Below, one piece after another: positions 1-14,417 of a stretch of 64,000 bases of DNA; position 1 is the stretch's first letter, and each line of letters opens with the position of its first letter. The stretch comes from Thalia democratica. Lineage: Eukaryota. The stretch is from contig OZ241826.1 in the NCBI GenBank assembly GCA_965202585.1, forward strand, positions 52,452,001 to 52,516,000, read 5' to 3'. A model generated the notes under the pieces. It made no database searches, was not told where the DNA came from, and was given only the letters and a program-made list of their open reading frames with translations. Made by a program: the position numbers and the translations under genes.

Positions 1-3000
1 TTCTAACCCTTACTTTTACTTTTTTTTGTTTTTATCAATTAATCTTTTTTTTTAAATTGTATTAACATATAATAATATTAATATAACTTTTTTAAATCTT
101 GGGCAAAAATGACCTCTCATGCAAAAAAGTCTATTTGTTCATATTTGACACGTTCCCCCTTCAGATATTATTAGTTTATTGAACAAAATAAAAAAACGCT
201 CAAAAAATTTGGTTATATTACCTGGTGTACAAAAAAACCTTTCAGTTATCGAGTCGCATACCACGGATACCTTTTAAAGTCTTGTCCAGATATCTTCTAT
301 TAGAGTAGTTATTTTTATGTTTTGCATTATTTTATGCTTAATATACCCCATTAGAATATTATCGAGGTTATACATTTAGTTGTTTACAAAAGTCTGCTTA
401 AAAATATAAACTAGGCAAAAAATATAACTTTCACAAAAGGACTCTTATTTCAAAAAATATTCAGTATACATTACTAACAATCTAAAACATAGAAAAAAAG
501 AAAGAAAATAACTACAATTAAGACTGGACCAATGTCATCTAAACCTAATTTGTGTAAACAATAATATCTAGAATAAAAAAAAAAGTAATAAGAAGTATTA
601 TCCTAAAGCATGTATAAATTTATCATCCCCATGCTACCTGTTTATGATTACTCAAACTATCAACTTCTCATCAAAATATCCCTCAGTTCAACCTGGAGCC
701 TTCTAAAGTTGCCTTGGTTTTTATATCATTGATATTTCCTTAAAAAGATGATTATCCTAATTATTAAAGATTTACCTCGTGTTTATTATTAAGTGTTTGT
801 AAAAAATTGTTTTATTTAGAAGAATTTATTGAATTGATATCTACTCAATCTATATTTTCAAACTAACACTTAAAACTAATTAGGTAAAAAGTTATTTTTG
901 AATCTAAACACTTAGCTCATATCTGTTTAGTTTTTAACGTTTAAAATCCTATATACACCTTCAACTTGTTTTTAATATTGTTTTACGCAATAGACTGAAC
1001 TTCAAAGCTTTTAGTAGCAGTTTTCAAGAAAATTTTTGTCCAATTTAGGACTCATCAGGCAGATAAAGTCTCGAGAAACAGCTGTTTTAGTCTAGACAAG
1101 CAGGCTTGAATAGTTTTGCGCTAAAGCATATTTTTGTTAATACAGTATAAAAAGTTAAAGCAACCAAGCTGTTCACAATTAAAGTCTAAAAAAATCAGTT
1201 TAATTTCATTATTAGAATCATAGTCAAATTTTACGTTCGTTTGCACCTATCTTTTACAATAATTACATGTCATCCATTAATAGTTTTCCTATTATCATTG
1301 AATCTAACTTTGTTTGTTTTTTTCCAACAAACCCTATTTAAATTGATTTATGAAGAGTAAATTAAACATATAGATATATCACTTAAAAAACTACCTTGGT
1401 TAATCTAAAAAGCCGATTGCTTTTAATAGTTAAGTTTTTACGGTTTATACATTTATTAACTATTTAAGATTACTATAGATTATTACACAAGTAATAACTG
1501 TTTACTTTTTTAAATGATTTACCATTGGATCAAATTTTGTGTTTTAACAAGAGTTAGTTTTAAACTGATAAAGTTGAGTTTATTTATATTTTCAATGTAA
1601 GCAAACTTAATAACTTTTCAAAAGCAACTGTCATTAAGTTTTACTTCTTTACGTGTATGAATAAAAATAAAAACTTTTCTGTAGTAAATGTTTTATTGTG
1701 TACAAACGTTTTATTTTTGTGGTAACATAGTGTAGTAAGTTTGTAGTTTACATTTATACAAGTTAAAAAAAACAATGGTAAGTTAATAGTTAACTTTGAT
1801 CTATTTTAGTAGATGCTTTGATGTATATTGTTCATTAAGTGAATTTACTTTGAAACGAATTATGTTATTTTGATACCAATTCTGGCTACTTTTTATAAAA
1901 AAATATCTACAGCTATTAATTAAAACATTTAATGGATACAATTTAGAATCTTACTTACACGTAGAATAAAAAAATTACAATAATAAGCGATTAATAGAAA
2001 CAACAGAACTAACCTACTCTTCAAAAAACAAGCTTCTAAATGTATTAACGATAATAACTTAACAACTGATCAACACCAAAATTGAAACTTTTGAATTTCT
2101 AATAAATAATCTCCTACACCAGTTTTTGTTAAGAATTCAATTAATTGAAATTAAACAAAACTTTCCTGAACACAAAATTGTCGTTAATAATTTATTTTAA
2201 GCCCTATAAAAACCTTTTATTCGAAAATTTTTATTTAAAATACACTTAATTCACGACTCTTGAAATTAATTTAATAATATGTAAACATTTAAACAGGCAA
2301 AACTTTTTCTTAACAGAAAGTAAAAATGATTTTAATTAACATAATTAAACTAGAATCTACACTTTCTTATGAAAATAAAAAAATCACTTTTCATGCTAAA
2401 ATTTTTCATACAACTACTATCCAAACGTAATTTAAGTTTCTAGCTTAAGTTTACATAAGTGCTCTATTTACAAAAATAAAGTATTCATCTTAAATTTGAT
2501 TGATAGCAGCTATTGGTGTGAAAATATGATCGTTTTAAATAAAATTTAAATTAATATTTAATCACAAAAGTTATTTAAAAGTTACACAAAATTTAAAACA
2601 TATATGCTTTTACTTAAGTAAGTATTCAAACTAGTATAAGTGATTAAAATTCCTTAAGAATACATTTGGGAGTAAAAAATAAGCTATTTTAATATTATAT
2701 TTCAAAAATATTCTATATTTAAAATGTTTTACACAAAACTAGAAAATACTTTTCCTGTATTTAACGTTTTAGTATAAATTTATTTATGGTCGTTAAGTAT
2801 TTTGTTGAAAATCTATAAATTTGAAAAAACTAAAAAATTAAACTGGGTAGACAAATTAGTAATTTATTCTCACAAGCAATTAAAAAACAAGTAAAAATAA
2901 GATTGTGTAAAAATAGTTTAACCAAATAATTTCAATAATTAAAAAAAAAATTATTCAAGTAACTTTTGAATCAAATTAATGAACTTTTAAATAGTATTTT

Positions 3001-3426
3001 GAGTAAAATTATAACATTAGATGACATTTCCAATCTAAATGTTAATCAATGCTACTAAGCTTTAAATCTTCGTTTTTTCTTTAAATCTAGATAACTAAAA
3101 AAATAATGTTTGCAAATATTGAATTTTTCATAAGATTTGTATAAAAAATTAAAAGTACAAAAGTTATACAAAATAGAAAAAACAAAAGAACAATAATGTA
3201 AAATCCAAACAGTAACAATGTTTGTGTACTTCATAAAGCACATTTAAGCTTAAATTGTGTATAAAAAATTTAAGTGCAGATCGATCTTTTAAAACTTTTA
3301 CAAAAAAGACACATTGCACGGTACTTACACGTCGATATAGTGTAAAAAACTAAAAAAACGTTAAGACTTTATAAAATTTTTGTACCAAAGTTAGAGATAA
3401 CTATGTTATAGAAGTACATATTTGCT

Positions 3427-6400
3427 CTACATTGTTGTATATCCTGGTTCACCAAACGCCGTGTACTCAAATGGGTTTGTTCTTCGTGAGCACAAAAGTC
3501 CAATCGTAATGACAATTGCTGAAAACTGTTAAAATCATAAAGTAACATTAGAACTACTTATGTGTAAAACAATCTACTACTTTGTTAATTTAAAGTATAA
3601 ATCTAACTTTTTAACTAACAAATAAGATGTAAGAGTTTTGTTTACTTACATCTAGCAGCGTTTCTACGCGAAATTTTGCAATTTTAATTTGACGTCGTTG
3701 ATTTAGACCAGGGTTTCCCAAACTGGGCCAAGTGGTCCTCTTGGGGGGCCATGAGGTCACAATTTGAAACTTACACTAGATATTCTGGAAATGATGATGA
3801 AAAGCAAAAAAAAAGTCTTGGGCGTTTTTAATGGTAGTTTTTTGAGAAATTTTGTTGGAAGGGGCCATAGCTTTTTAAATATTTTCAAGAGGGCCTTTTA
3901 AAAAATTTAGGAAAACCCTGATTTAGACTGATATTTTCTCTTATCTTTGCCTGTCAATACTAAGTTAGGCTTGTAACCAGATGAAACAATATAGCCTATT
4001 GGTTGAGCTTTAAAATTTTTTCAATAAAATTTTACTTAAGAATTAGAATTTCATAAAATAAAAAAAGCAACTTTTTTGAAAAACCCTGCATTTTGCAAAT
4101 ATTCATTCGAAGATTCGGCTTCCCTCTCAAAATATTTCAATGTAACTTTGTTCTGATTATGAAGGCGTACAAAAACCAAAAGCTTATTTACAAAAAAATG
4201 ACAAGTTTATCATATTTTCAGTAAAAAATTATTCTCGAATTTATTTTAGAAAAATAGAAGTCTAAAGCATTTTTACTGACAAAAACTGACAGTTTGCCAA
4301 TATTTCAAAAAAAAAAAAGATTTAGCCTGACGCGTAGAAAACCTGGACTCTAACTTGTAGATAACTTGATTTTGCGATTATGAAAAACAGTACAATAATT
4401 TAAATTATTTTAATAATTAATAACACCAAAATGCTAATTATAAAAGTACATTTTTAATTAAACTTGTATTTGATTAAAGTTAATCTATAAAACTTAGAAA
4501 GCACAAAAGCACGTAGATTTTTAGAAAGTGATACAAAATCCCTTACAATAGTTTATAAACCAATGTTTTGATGAAGTACCAATGCAATAATGTACTAGTA
4601 TGAGCAATATGCAATACATAAACACAAGTCTCACGCATATACAAAAAGCATTAAAACAAAAACGCGACCAAAGTGTATGCTTGAAAGTTTAAATAAATTT
4701 TATTTGCAATACTAGTTTTAACAATCTTAAAAATATTCCAAAGGTTATCAAAAAAATCGATAGGTTTTGTAACTTAAACTAACTATAAACACTAGTACAA
4801 AATTTCTACTTAGCTACGGACCAAAAATAAACTTTAAAAGTTTAATTTACATTATTATTTAAAACCGTTTATTTGACTTAAATGAAAACTTTTTGATCAC
4901 AAAAAGTGTATTATAACTACATAAACAAAGCTTAATGAAAAATATTTATTACTATATTTGGTAGTTACCAGATTTCACCGCTAAGCGGTTTATCAAACTG
5001 CATTTATTTAGCAGTAAAACCTGGTAATTGCCAAATCTGGTAATAAATACTTTTTAAATCGTAATCTTTATCTTAAAATGATTTCAATATTAATGTAATT
5101 AGGAAGTTGTCGGAAACAAACATATCCGTAGTATTGAATACATTAATACTATAAAAAGTTTCTTACAAAAATCAAAATGGTATACAAGAGACAAAAGTGG
5201 AGAATGTAAGTTTTTTGTTCAGATATAAACATGTTTCAAAAACTTTATTGAACTTTTTTAGAACAATAAATTATACTTTTAAAAAATTAAAATACAGACT
5301 ACAGAATATATTAATAGAAATAATAGGTTCTATGATATCAAGCATTTAAATAAATTTAATTTTATATACTTAACAGAAATCTTAACAGAGTTTTAAGTAC
5401 ATTTCAAAACACTTGGTATTAAATATTTATAGAAAACTTATGTAAACTACTCACCATTATCACAGCTAAACCAAGAGTAATCCAACAGAAAAGCCCATAA
5501 AAGTAGGAGAATGTCTTATTAAACGGTTCTTTACAACCCTTAAAAAGTAAATTTTAATTTATTATACCAGTACTAAAAATTTGTATTTACAATTTTTTTA
5601 AATCTTTTGACAACTAAAATAAAGCAAGTACAAAAAACCTTGTTGTATATGCCAAGTTTTGCTTATCAAGTAAAGCTAATTTGCATATAAATTATAATAA
5701 GTAGCTGCGCACATTGTAGCATAATAAAACAACAATCATTACAACATTATTTGCAAAGCTTAGGTTGCTAATGTAAACTCAATTATAATTTTGTAGAACT
5801 ATTATCTTTTTAAAGTATTTATCTAACCTAATAAAAATAAAGTAGAGCAAAATAAATAGATTCTTAACACAAATAATTACAGCTTAACTTTAACTATTAA
5901 CTTTTAAAGACACTACTTTTATTACAGGTTGCTAAACTTCAAAAAAACTAGCTTATGTTTATTGGTCAAACTTAAAAATTGGCACCTATGTCCTACTTAA
6001 ATTCATCTTTTGACTCTTTGATTTTACTTTTATCTTACAATTACTAAGTTCAAGACTAGCAGTATATGTGAAAACAATTGCAAAGTAATTAGGAAACTTA
6101 ACTTAGTTAAATTGCAAAAAAGATAACCTTAAAAAATAAAAGTTTTTATAAGATATAAAATTTTAGGGTATCTGTGAGTAAAAATAATTTTGATTATTTA
6201 ATATTTTAGCACACTTTTATGAAAAACATATAGATTTATTTAAAATTCTCTGTTTTGCCTAAATTTAACTATTGAGTATAGGCTAATAAAAACTTGCGAG
6301 TTAACTATATAAATTATTTTTAAAACATTGGTAAAACAAAAATTTCACAACTAAAAACTTAAACCTTATTAATTATTATGTTATAATTAAGATTAAATAC

Positions 6401-9400
6401 TAAAAGCAAAAAAAAAAAAAAAAAAAACACAATTTATCAAACATTAAATAAAATTAAATCCAAACTCTTAAGAAAAGATTGACTAAAACTAATAAAAAAT
6501 TAATAGTCAAGTTTAACAAAAATTACAAACTAGTCAGAGTTTAAAAAACTCTTTAAACTAAGCTTAGTCAGTCGTAATTATTACTTGTTTATAGTTTTTA
6601 AGACAAATATAAATCAGTAACAGTGCTGTAGTTATAAATAATAACTAACATCCAAATATATTTCATCAAGCATTTCCAAAGATCCATTACAATTTGTAAA
6701 GTTTTTGCAACATGATAAAGGTACATCTGTTAATGTTGAGTTTAAAGTCTTCCATTCTGTATTTGCCCAGTCGGTGTAGTTGTGGTATCCACAACATTTA
6801 TCCTATATTGCAAAAAACATATTTTTTAGTAACAATTTAGTATAAAAGAATAAAAAGATATTTTGAAGAATAAAGGATTTAAACATACTTGTTGTTGAAC
6901 TAAGTCAACAAGTTCTGTAGCATTTATTCCGTTTGTAGTTTGAACAGTATTATTTTCAAACGTAACTGTTTGATTTTCTGGTAGACCATAAAGTTGAATT
7001 TGATCAGACAAAAAATGGTCAGCCTCCAACTCAATTGAATGCTTAGCAACAATCAACAACCCAGTTACCATTGACAGCAATATAAGACAAGTCACAACGA
7101 AAATGAGGTACTGTAAAAATACAAAGAACTATAACTAAATGTTTATTAAGGGCATAGGGGAGTCCACCTTGATTTTTACAAGTTGATCTTATTTTGTAGA
7201 GGTTTATCTGAGCTATCAGAAATTTTTAACTGCTTAAAAAAACTAAAAGTAATCTTTGAGATATAAGCGATAAAAGCTGGTTACCTCAATAGGTTGCTAA
7301 TGGAAGGCGGAAATGCAAAAAAAAATAATTTTTCATTAAAAATATATCTTCTTCTTTCATTTCAACCTATCTTATTCAAATTTCACTGAAACCATCTTTT
7401 TTTTTGGTTTTTTTATCTTAAATTTTTATTTACTAATGTTCTTAAAATCGCAACATTCAAAGCCTTTTGAACTATAAAAGGAATATTTCCTAAAAGCTTG
7501 AGGTCTCTAGCCCAAAAATTAAGAAAAAGATAGAATTTAAACTATAATTTAAAAAAATAACACTTTTTGTCTATTTTTTTATACATTTTTTTTTCTAAAT
7601 TAAGAAAAGAGCACTTCCTAAAAATTTACTATTTAATCTTCAAACCGTAAGAGAAGATATATTTTCAATAAAAAAGTCTTTTTTTCATTACTTTTGATTT
7701 TACCTCATAAACAATTAGTTAAACTATTCTACTTTAATTGATTATATCTCAAAAAATTACTTTAAAAATTAAAAAAGAGTAAATAGCTTGGTGTCAAATC
7801 TGCAAAATAAAAATAAAATTTTCAAGTAATAAATATACGTTATTAAAACTATTTTACTCATAAAAAACAGAAACTTTTTTTCTAAAAATAATTTTAAAGG
7901 TTTTTAGTTAAATAAAACTTAAATGATGACAAAATGTTCAAACACTTTATGAAAGCAATAGTACTTGTTAATAATATAGAAAAAACATATAATAAAAAAA
8001 TCAATCTAAATTTAATAAAAATTAGATAATAATTTTTATGTGTATGATCAGTATTTTTTTGCTTACAAGCCTAGGTATGTTTAAACTGATAAAATTGTTT
8101 CTAGCTATAATAAATCAAATATGTAGCATTATTTACTGCATCTTATGCTCTCATAGTGCTAACAAAAAATACTATCAAATGTTTTACTGTGGATAAACTT
8201 TTTATTTTGTTATTAGTTGCAATTCTAATTATTTATGATACTCTACTGACGTTACTCTTATCACACTTAAAAATATATGTTCCTTATTTTTCTCTGGTGT
8301 TTAGATCTTTTCTACATGAATACAGCACTAATAAAATTATGCAAGGGCATTTTAAACAGTACAAAGTAATATTAATTCAGAATTATATATGATTTTGTAT
8401 TCAATAGTAATTAAAATAACTTGAGACTTTAAGGAAAATAAGCTTTATAAAATTTTACAATCTTCAATTAAACTATACTTTAATGTTAAACCTCATAAAC
8501 TCTAATATATTCTTAAAGGCAAATTAAGATTGTAAAATTACTAAACTTTATTAAAAAGAATTTATGTCTAATGAAATTGTCCAACAAAGGTATAATGAAT
8601 AAGTGTAACTATAATACCTGAAAATATAAAATTTTTAAACAGTTAAATAAATTTTATAAAATATTTAACATTCAAGGTAGTTAAAATAGTGAGTGTATCA
8701 TGAAAAATATAACTTTATTTTGTAAAAAAAACTTAAAAAAATAAAACATATTTTCAGAAAACTTAAAATTCTGATTGGATCTGTCAGGAAAATAACAGTT
8801 TTTGTATAATAAATTATACAAAAATTTAAACCTTAGTAGATATTTAGAAGCTTAAAGACATCAGTTGTAATCATATAACAAAACAGCTTAACCAAGTACA
8901 GGTAGGAACCTATCTAAACAATTTAAGTTTATTTACTTGATAATTGTAACTAGCTTAAATAATTAAATACTACTTAATAATACTTACAACAGCAAGACAT
9001 CCTTTTTTTTCATACAAAGTACCTGTTAGACCTAAAACACTTCCAAACAAAACAACAATAGAGGTTGACAACATAATTGCAACTGGCTTCATACTGAGTT
9101 CTGATGGGCTATAGTTCTGACTTTTCCATACCATGATACCACATAACAGTAGAAATGCACCCAGTAACTGTTAATAAAAGATAACAGTCAATTTTTTTTT
9201 GCTTATTAAGTTGTTAAACATCTAAGCTATTCTTTTATATATTGTATTTTTTTTTTTATAATTTTTTAAAATTATACTTATTAAAAAAATTATTATATTT
9301 TAATTTTTTGCATCATTATTTATAAAAGTATACAAGAAAAAATAACAAAAATATTTACAAACAATGCAGCTTATCATTAATTAGTTAATAATGTTACTAA

Positions 9401-9461
9401 CCAAAATTATAACATTGATAGTAGCCAAAAGTACTTTACAAGACTTTTTACAAAAGCCCAT
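3427..9461 (-). CDS. TSPAN3: Tetraspanin, TSPAN3-like, 265 aa; complement(join(3427..3525,5455..5538,6650..6802,6889..7110,8988..9167,9402..9461))
   Basis: Six exons, all phase 0, GT-AG junctions, 798 nt total. Translation MGFCKKSCKVLLATINVIIL-LLGAFLLLCGIMVW...DKCCGYHNYTDWANTEW...VPLSCCKNFTNCNGSL...IYLD-GCKEPF...GYTTM*. Four hydrophobic segments, CCG and PxSCC motifs. The EC2 resembles vertebrate TSPAN3 (CCGxHNYxDW, VPLSCC...NCNGSL) from recall; the tetraspanin call is firm, orthology less so. Confidence 0.9.
3709..3920. mobile_element. hAT-type MITE (212 bp) in the last tetraspanin intron
   Basis: TIRs cagggtttccc / ggaaaaccctg; exact 8-bp TSD atttagac at 3701-3708 and 3921-3928. A related fragment (caatttgaaactta.ctagat) is at about 38805-38835. 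Confidence 0.9.
4966..5043. repeat. Small inverted repeat / mini-MITE
   Basis: ttaccagattt ... aaatctggtaa, 11-bp perfect inverted ends. Confidence 0.5.
7150..7800. mobile_element. Degraded TTAA-flanked element (Kolobok-like), same family as 26804-27457
   Basis: Starts ttaa|gggcatagggg and shares gttgatcttatttt, tttgagatat and later motifs with the 26804 copy; right end not established. Confidence 0.4.
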
Positions 9462-12400
9462 TTTTAATATTGTTCAAATCTGTAAATAACAAAAAACATT
9501 GAATAAATGATTAAAAGTCCTCAAATTGTAAGTTTTGATTATAAAAAGCAATATTTATATAGTTATTATCTGAAAAAAAACTTTGCTTTGAACTAACAAC
9601 CAAAGTCTACAAAAATTCTAGGTTTTAGTTAATAGTTTAACACAAAAAAAATTTTAAGAATTAGAATGGCCTGGAAAAAATTTAGTATTTTTTTTATCTG
9701 TTCAAAATATAGATTTAATTGTTTGCTAACAAAAGATCCTAGTGATAGAAGTTTACTGGAATATAAAACAAATTATACAGCAACCTTCCTTTATTGTACT
9801 AACATATGTTTCTGTGTGTTAACAAATCAACATACTTCAACTGAATTATGTAAAAAAATAATTACTGTAATGTAAGAATACAAGCATAGAATAAAGTAAG
9901 TGTATACAAGTTTTCATTAATTTTTTTTTTCAGTGGTAGGTAACTTTTTTATTCTTTTAGTGTAAATTTAAGTGTTAGCTTTTATTTAAAAAGCATAGCT
10001 GATGATTGTGGAAAAAAGATGCATAAAATGTATGTACTAGTAAACTGATAAGCAAGTGATTTAATTCCATAGCTTTTGTGATAATGTTGAACTATTACAA
10101 TTTTCAATATTTGTCAATGTAGAAAAGTATTAGTCTCCTTATTTCTTTAAAATGAAATACTTTTTTTGGAAGGCAAGCTAGAAAGTTACATAATGTGTAA
10201 TTCTACCTACTCCTTTAACAATTAACTGAATTCCTAAAATTTTATTAAGACCCTTACTTCAAAACATGCAACAAAGTATACTTTAATTTGCTATAAGTAT
10301 TAAAGATAAATTTGTCTACCTAATGTTTATATAAACCAATTCAATATTTTTTTTTCTTTAAAGTTTATATACTCTTAAATAATTATGTTACATTCAAAAA
10401 ATAACATTTTGTAGCAATGCACTTTTATACTTGGTATTTAAACAATAACAAGCTATTATTAGTTTTAGAAGTCATGTGATAGTTTTAGTATAGGTAATTA
10501 TACTATACACCCAATTTCTGTCAACTGCACTGCACATCTAAGGCAATTCTGAATATCTAATATTTTGCTTAATTTTCATTAAGGTCTTCTTAATATTTTT
10601 TGAATTATCAATTAAATATTTTGGTAAGGTGGGTTAGGAATTTGGTAAATATTTAACAACTTGGGTAAAGACGGTAAAAATAATTAGGGTTTATAATTTA
10701 GACTTTCTTGCTGTACTATTATTTCACCTCAATTGCATAATGTTATGAATAAAAAAAAAGTTCTAAAACCTTACAACTGCAGTTGACCCGAACAAAAACT
10801 TACTAACTAATCAAATCAAGTTTTAGTAAGCTTTCTTAAACATTTTTTGTACAATGTATGATCATTTGTATAACTTTTTACTATTTTTGTAATAAAAGTA
10901 AACATTTGTACGTTAAAATTTGTTCTCCCTAAAAATACGTAGTTTATGAAGATATCATTTTTTCTATAACTTTTAAAAAGTTCGTTTGAAAAAACAGTAA
11001 ACTTTTATACTTTTTTTAGCTTACTTCAAATCTTTATAAAATTATTTACAATTTTTTGATAATCTTATAAACGTTTAACTTCGTTGTTAAATCTTTCAAT
11101 GGAGCTAATTTTAAATTCTAATCATGAATTATAGTTAATTTTAAATGTCTAAAAGTTTTGTCTTTGTGAAATTAGATTAAAATTTTCGTTTTTCTTTTAA
11201 TTAAAAAAAACTTTACTGTTTTATTCTAATGTAAATTACTTAACTACAATGAAAACAAATTTATTAGTCATATAATTTCGACTTGTATTACAAAAAAGAT
11301 TAGCAAAAAACTTTTTTTATTTTAATTATATAAATCAAAAAAAACAGGTTAGTATTTGAACATATAAACAAAAAAAAGATTTAGTCTTTTCACACTAGTT
11401 AGCAATTTATTTAAAATAACTTTGAAAAATTTTAGTTTATTCACTGACTTAAGTTCAAACTGCTTTTTAAATCCAATAAATTAAACTTCACCATAAAACA
11501 GGGGTCGGCAAACTGCGGCCCGCGGGCCAAATGCGGCCCGCGAGCACATTATTTTTTTGAATGGAATGCGGCCCGCGAAAGAAAATTTTGTGGCCCGCGA
11601 GCATGCAAATGTGGCCCGCTGAGCAAAAATATATTTTAAGTTAAATTTTTTAAATTACTTTAGTCTTAAGTCCCTGTATAAGATTGTAAAACAATTAAAA
11701 GACTTTACTGATTTATCTTAAAAATGTGAAAAAGACAGGTTAGCATTTCACCAGGTTTTTTTTTCTCAATTTCATAATAACTTTCTTTTTACAACAGCAA
11801 ATTATTTTCTAATAAAAGATTGCAAAAAGTGCTCTGAATTACTAAAATAGTTATATAATACCTACTTAGTAAATAAACTAAATGCAAATATTTTCCGTTT
11901 TGTACAAAAGTAATGCACAGTAATTAACTAAAATGTCATTTCTATACAGTTGAGTTTTTTTTTACACGTTTTTTACCGCTAAGTTTCTATTACAGATGTT
12001 TTATTACTAAATGTTATGTTTTAGTGTGCACAAAAACATTTAAAACAACATAGTAATAGAAAAATGAGGTTAATTTTATTTTGATTTGACACCTTTAATT
12101 TTTTAGAAGTTTTCTTTGCACTTAAAATAATTCCTATGCACACCAATGAACAAACATGCTCATATTTCTAACCACTTTTTATTTAATACTGTACGAGATA
12201 AAATTTAGTTTATGCATAATTTTCTAATATTACTGTTTCTACATGTAATATCTAAGTGTGTACAGACACATTTAAAACAATATATATGACATAAATTAAA
12301 AATATTTTTCTTAGGTATACTTTTTTTTCAAACAATGTTTTTTGGTAAAATAAGTTAATTTTTATGCGTTGCATACTAATACAAACAGTTGCTATTTTTT

Positions 12401-12778
12401 AAAACACAAAATCCAATACAAATTAGATTGAGAAATGGTTATTTGTTAAGTTTGTACATTTTAAATCAAATAAACAAAAAAAAAATTGCCACACACTCAG
12501 ACTATGACTATTTAAAATCTTCAAATCTCAGGCCAATTTAGTCATTTTCAGTTTTTGGCTTGAATTGCTTTTTGTATGCTTATTGTATGCAAAATATCAG
12601 GCTATTTTTGGTCTCTCGGACTGACTTTTTTTCTAAAGTGGTAAAAAAATTATGATGTATGTTTTGTTCAATGCACAGTATAGGTTTGAATTAAAATATA
12701 TTTTAAGTTTTAAGTCTTGCAGCTGATATAATCTAAATTATTCTTTAAATTAATTGTATACATTTAAGTGTGAGCAAC

Positions 12779-13080
12779 TAGTGTTGCCAAAAAGTCCCGG
12801 GAAAGCTTGGAATATAACATTTTTTGCGAAAAAAATCTGAAAAAGCCTTGAAATTGAGAAATATAGAAAAAACCTGGGATTTTAAACAATTTTTACATAT
12901 TAAGTAATGAACTTTCGATTTGACACAAAAGCTCTACCATATAAATAATTTTTATTAAAAAACACATTTAAAAGAGCTTAACAGTACCTTTTAAATATTT
13001 ATATATAACTGAAGACATTTTTTTATCTTTAACTTAATTTTGTACTAAAAATAGAAGCGAAAAATTGCACTTTTACAAAC
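12779..13080. mobile_element. Truncated CAGGGTTGCC-family hAT MITE nested in the large hAT element
   Basis: Begins tagtgttgccaa; body (ttttaaacaa..tttgacacaaaa..cagtacctttt..tatctttaact) aligns by eye with the copies at 30014 and 31642. Confidence 0.65.
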
Positions 13081-13680
13081 TTTATATTGGTGCATTGCAC
13101 CTTTGCTATTAAAATGTCTTTACCTATTGTCGTGCTTTGTATTGGAACTAAATCTAGAAATTCTTCTAAAATGTCAAAATTAGAAAAACCACCAGTAACA
13201 AAAATTCTAAAATGAGCAATATCTGTTGTATCAGTTCTCTCATCTTAACAGATCGATTTTAGTCCTAATTTGAATTATGCGGCTTAATAATCTTCAGACA
13301 TTTCCTAGGCACGACTTCTTGTTGATATTGAAGAAATAAACAAAAATATTTTATTAGTGCCAACACAAATTATTTAAATAAGTTTGCAACTCTAAACGGT
13401 ATCATTTTTTAGTAATTACTTTTGCTACTTTAATACTTTCCTCAACAGTATTTTCTGATCAGTCTATAGTTACTGAAAATAATCATGTGCGTTGTTTAAA
13501 CTGACTTATACGATTTGGTTTTTTTTTCGTTTCTGGAAATAACTACAGACTAACGTATTATAGTTCTTATAGCTCGTCTTATAATTCACATTTGTTCTTT
13601 TTAAATGCAAAATTTTTATTGCAGATAAAGAATTGCTATAATGCTCAATAAAAAATAGGTTTTTCTAACTAATTAATAGC
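13070..13680 (-). pseudogene. Degenerate hAT (Spin/Buster, GTF2IRD2-like) transposase fragment
   Basis: Minus-strand translation ...EMSED...SIC*DERTDTTDIAHFRIFVTGGFSNFDILEEFLDLVPIQSTTIGKDIL matches the recalled motif SxALDESTDxxDxAQLxIFxRG..F.I.EE.L.L.P...TTTG.DI. It has in-frame stops and frameshifts and lies inside the hAT TIRs. Confidence 0.8.
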
Positions 13681-14417
13681 TTAATAATTTTTTATATATT
13701 CGCTAAAAATGTTTAAAAACTTAATTGTCCATTCAAGCTAGCTGAGTTATAATAGTTTTTTTAGTTATACAATTATTTCGCTGTTAATAAAATTCGACAA
13801 TTTTTTATTTTGTTAAGTTTATTTTAAACATGGTTGCCAAACAAACAGGTTAACTTAAAAAAAATTAAAGTCAGACTAGCTTAAGCTGTATAAGAAATTG
13901 TTATAAAACTTAGGTGTATCTGAAACTTTTATTTCAAACACTTTGAATAAATCTTCAAAATCTCAAAATAGTTTTTATGACTGTAGCAGGGACGTAGCTT
14001 GGTAGGTTTCTGCAAATCTACAGAAACGTATACTTATTTGCGAAAAAACTTGCTTTTATTTCAGTTTGAAAAGACTCTGCTGTCTAGCTTTTAGTATTTA
14101 TTTATGTTGAATTTTGCTCTGCTGAGAGATAGCTTTTGACATATATGTACTCTTTAGCATTTTTAGTGTCGTAAAAAAATTGAACGAACTAAATACATCT
14201 AAATTGTAACATTTAGGGCGTTAAAGCTTTATTTTGTCAAAAAGCTGCAATGCAAAATTGATTCTAAAGGAAGCTGTAGCTTCAAAAATCTAAATCATAC
14301 AATTTTATGTTACCAAAATTTGCATAACTTGTTGTTACTATTGTTAAATGTTTGATTTTCAAAACAGTATAAGTGTTTTTGAGTTAAATGGTGATTTTTT
14401 TACTTATTTTTAATGAA

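Noticed and set aside
3650-3708. Possible extra tetraspanin exon ending at a strong gtaagt donor next to the MITE
   Set aside because: Exons 5 and 6 join in frame without it, no good acceptor was seen, and the peptide would disrupt TM4.
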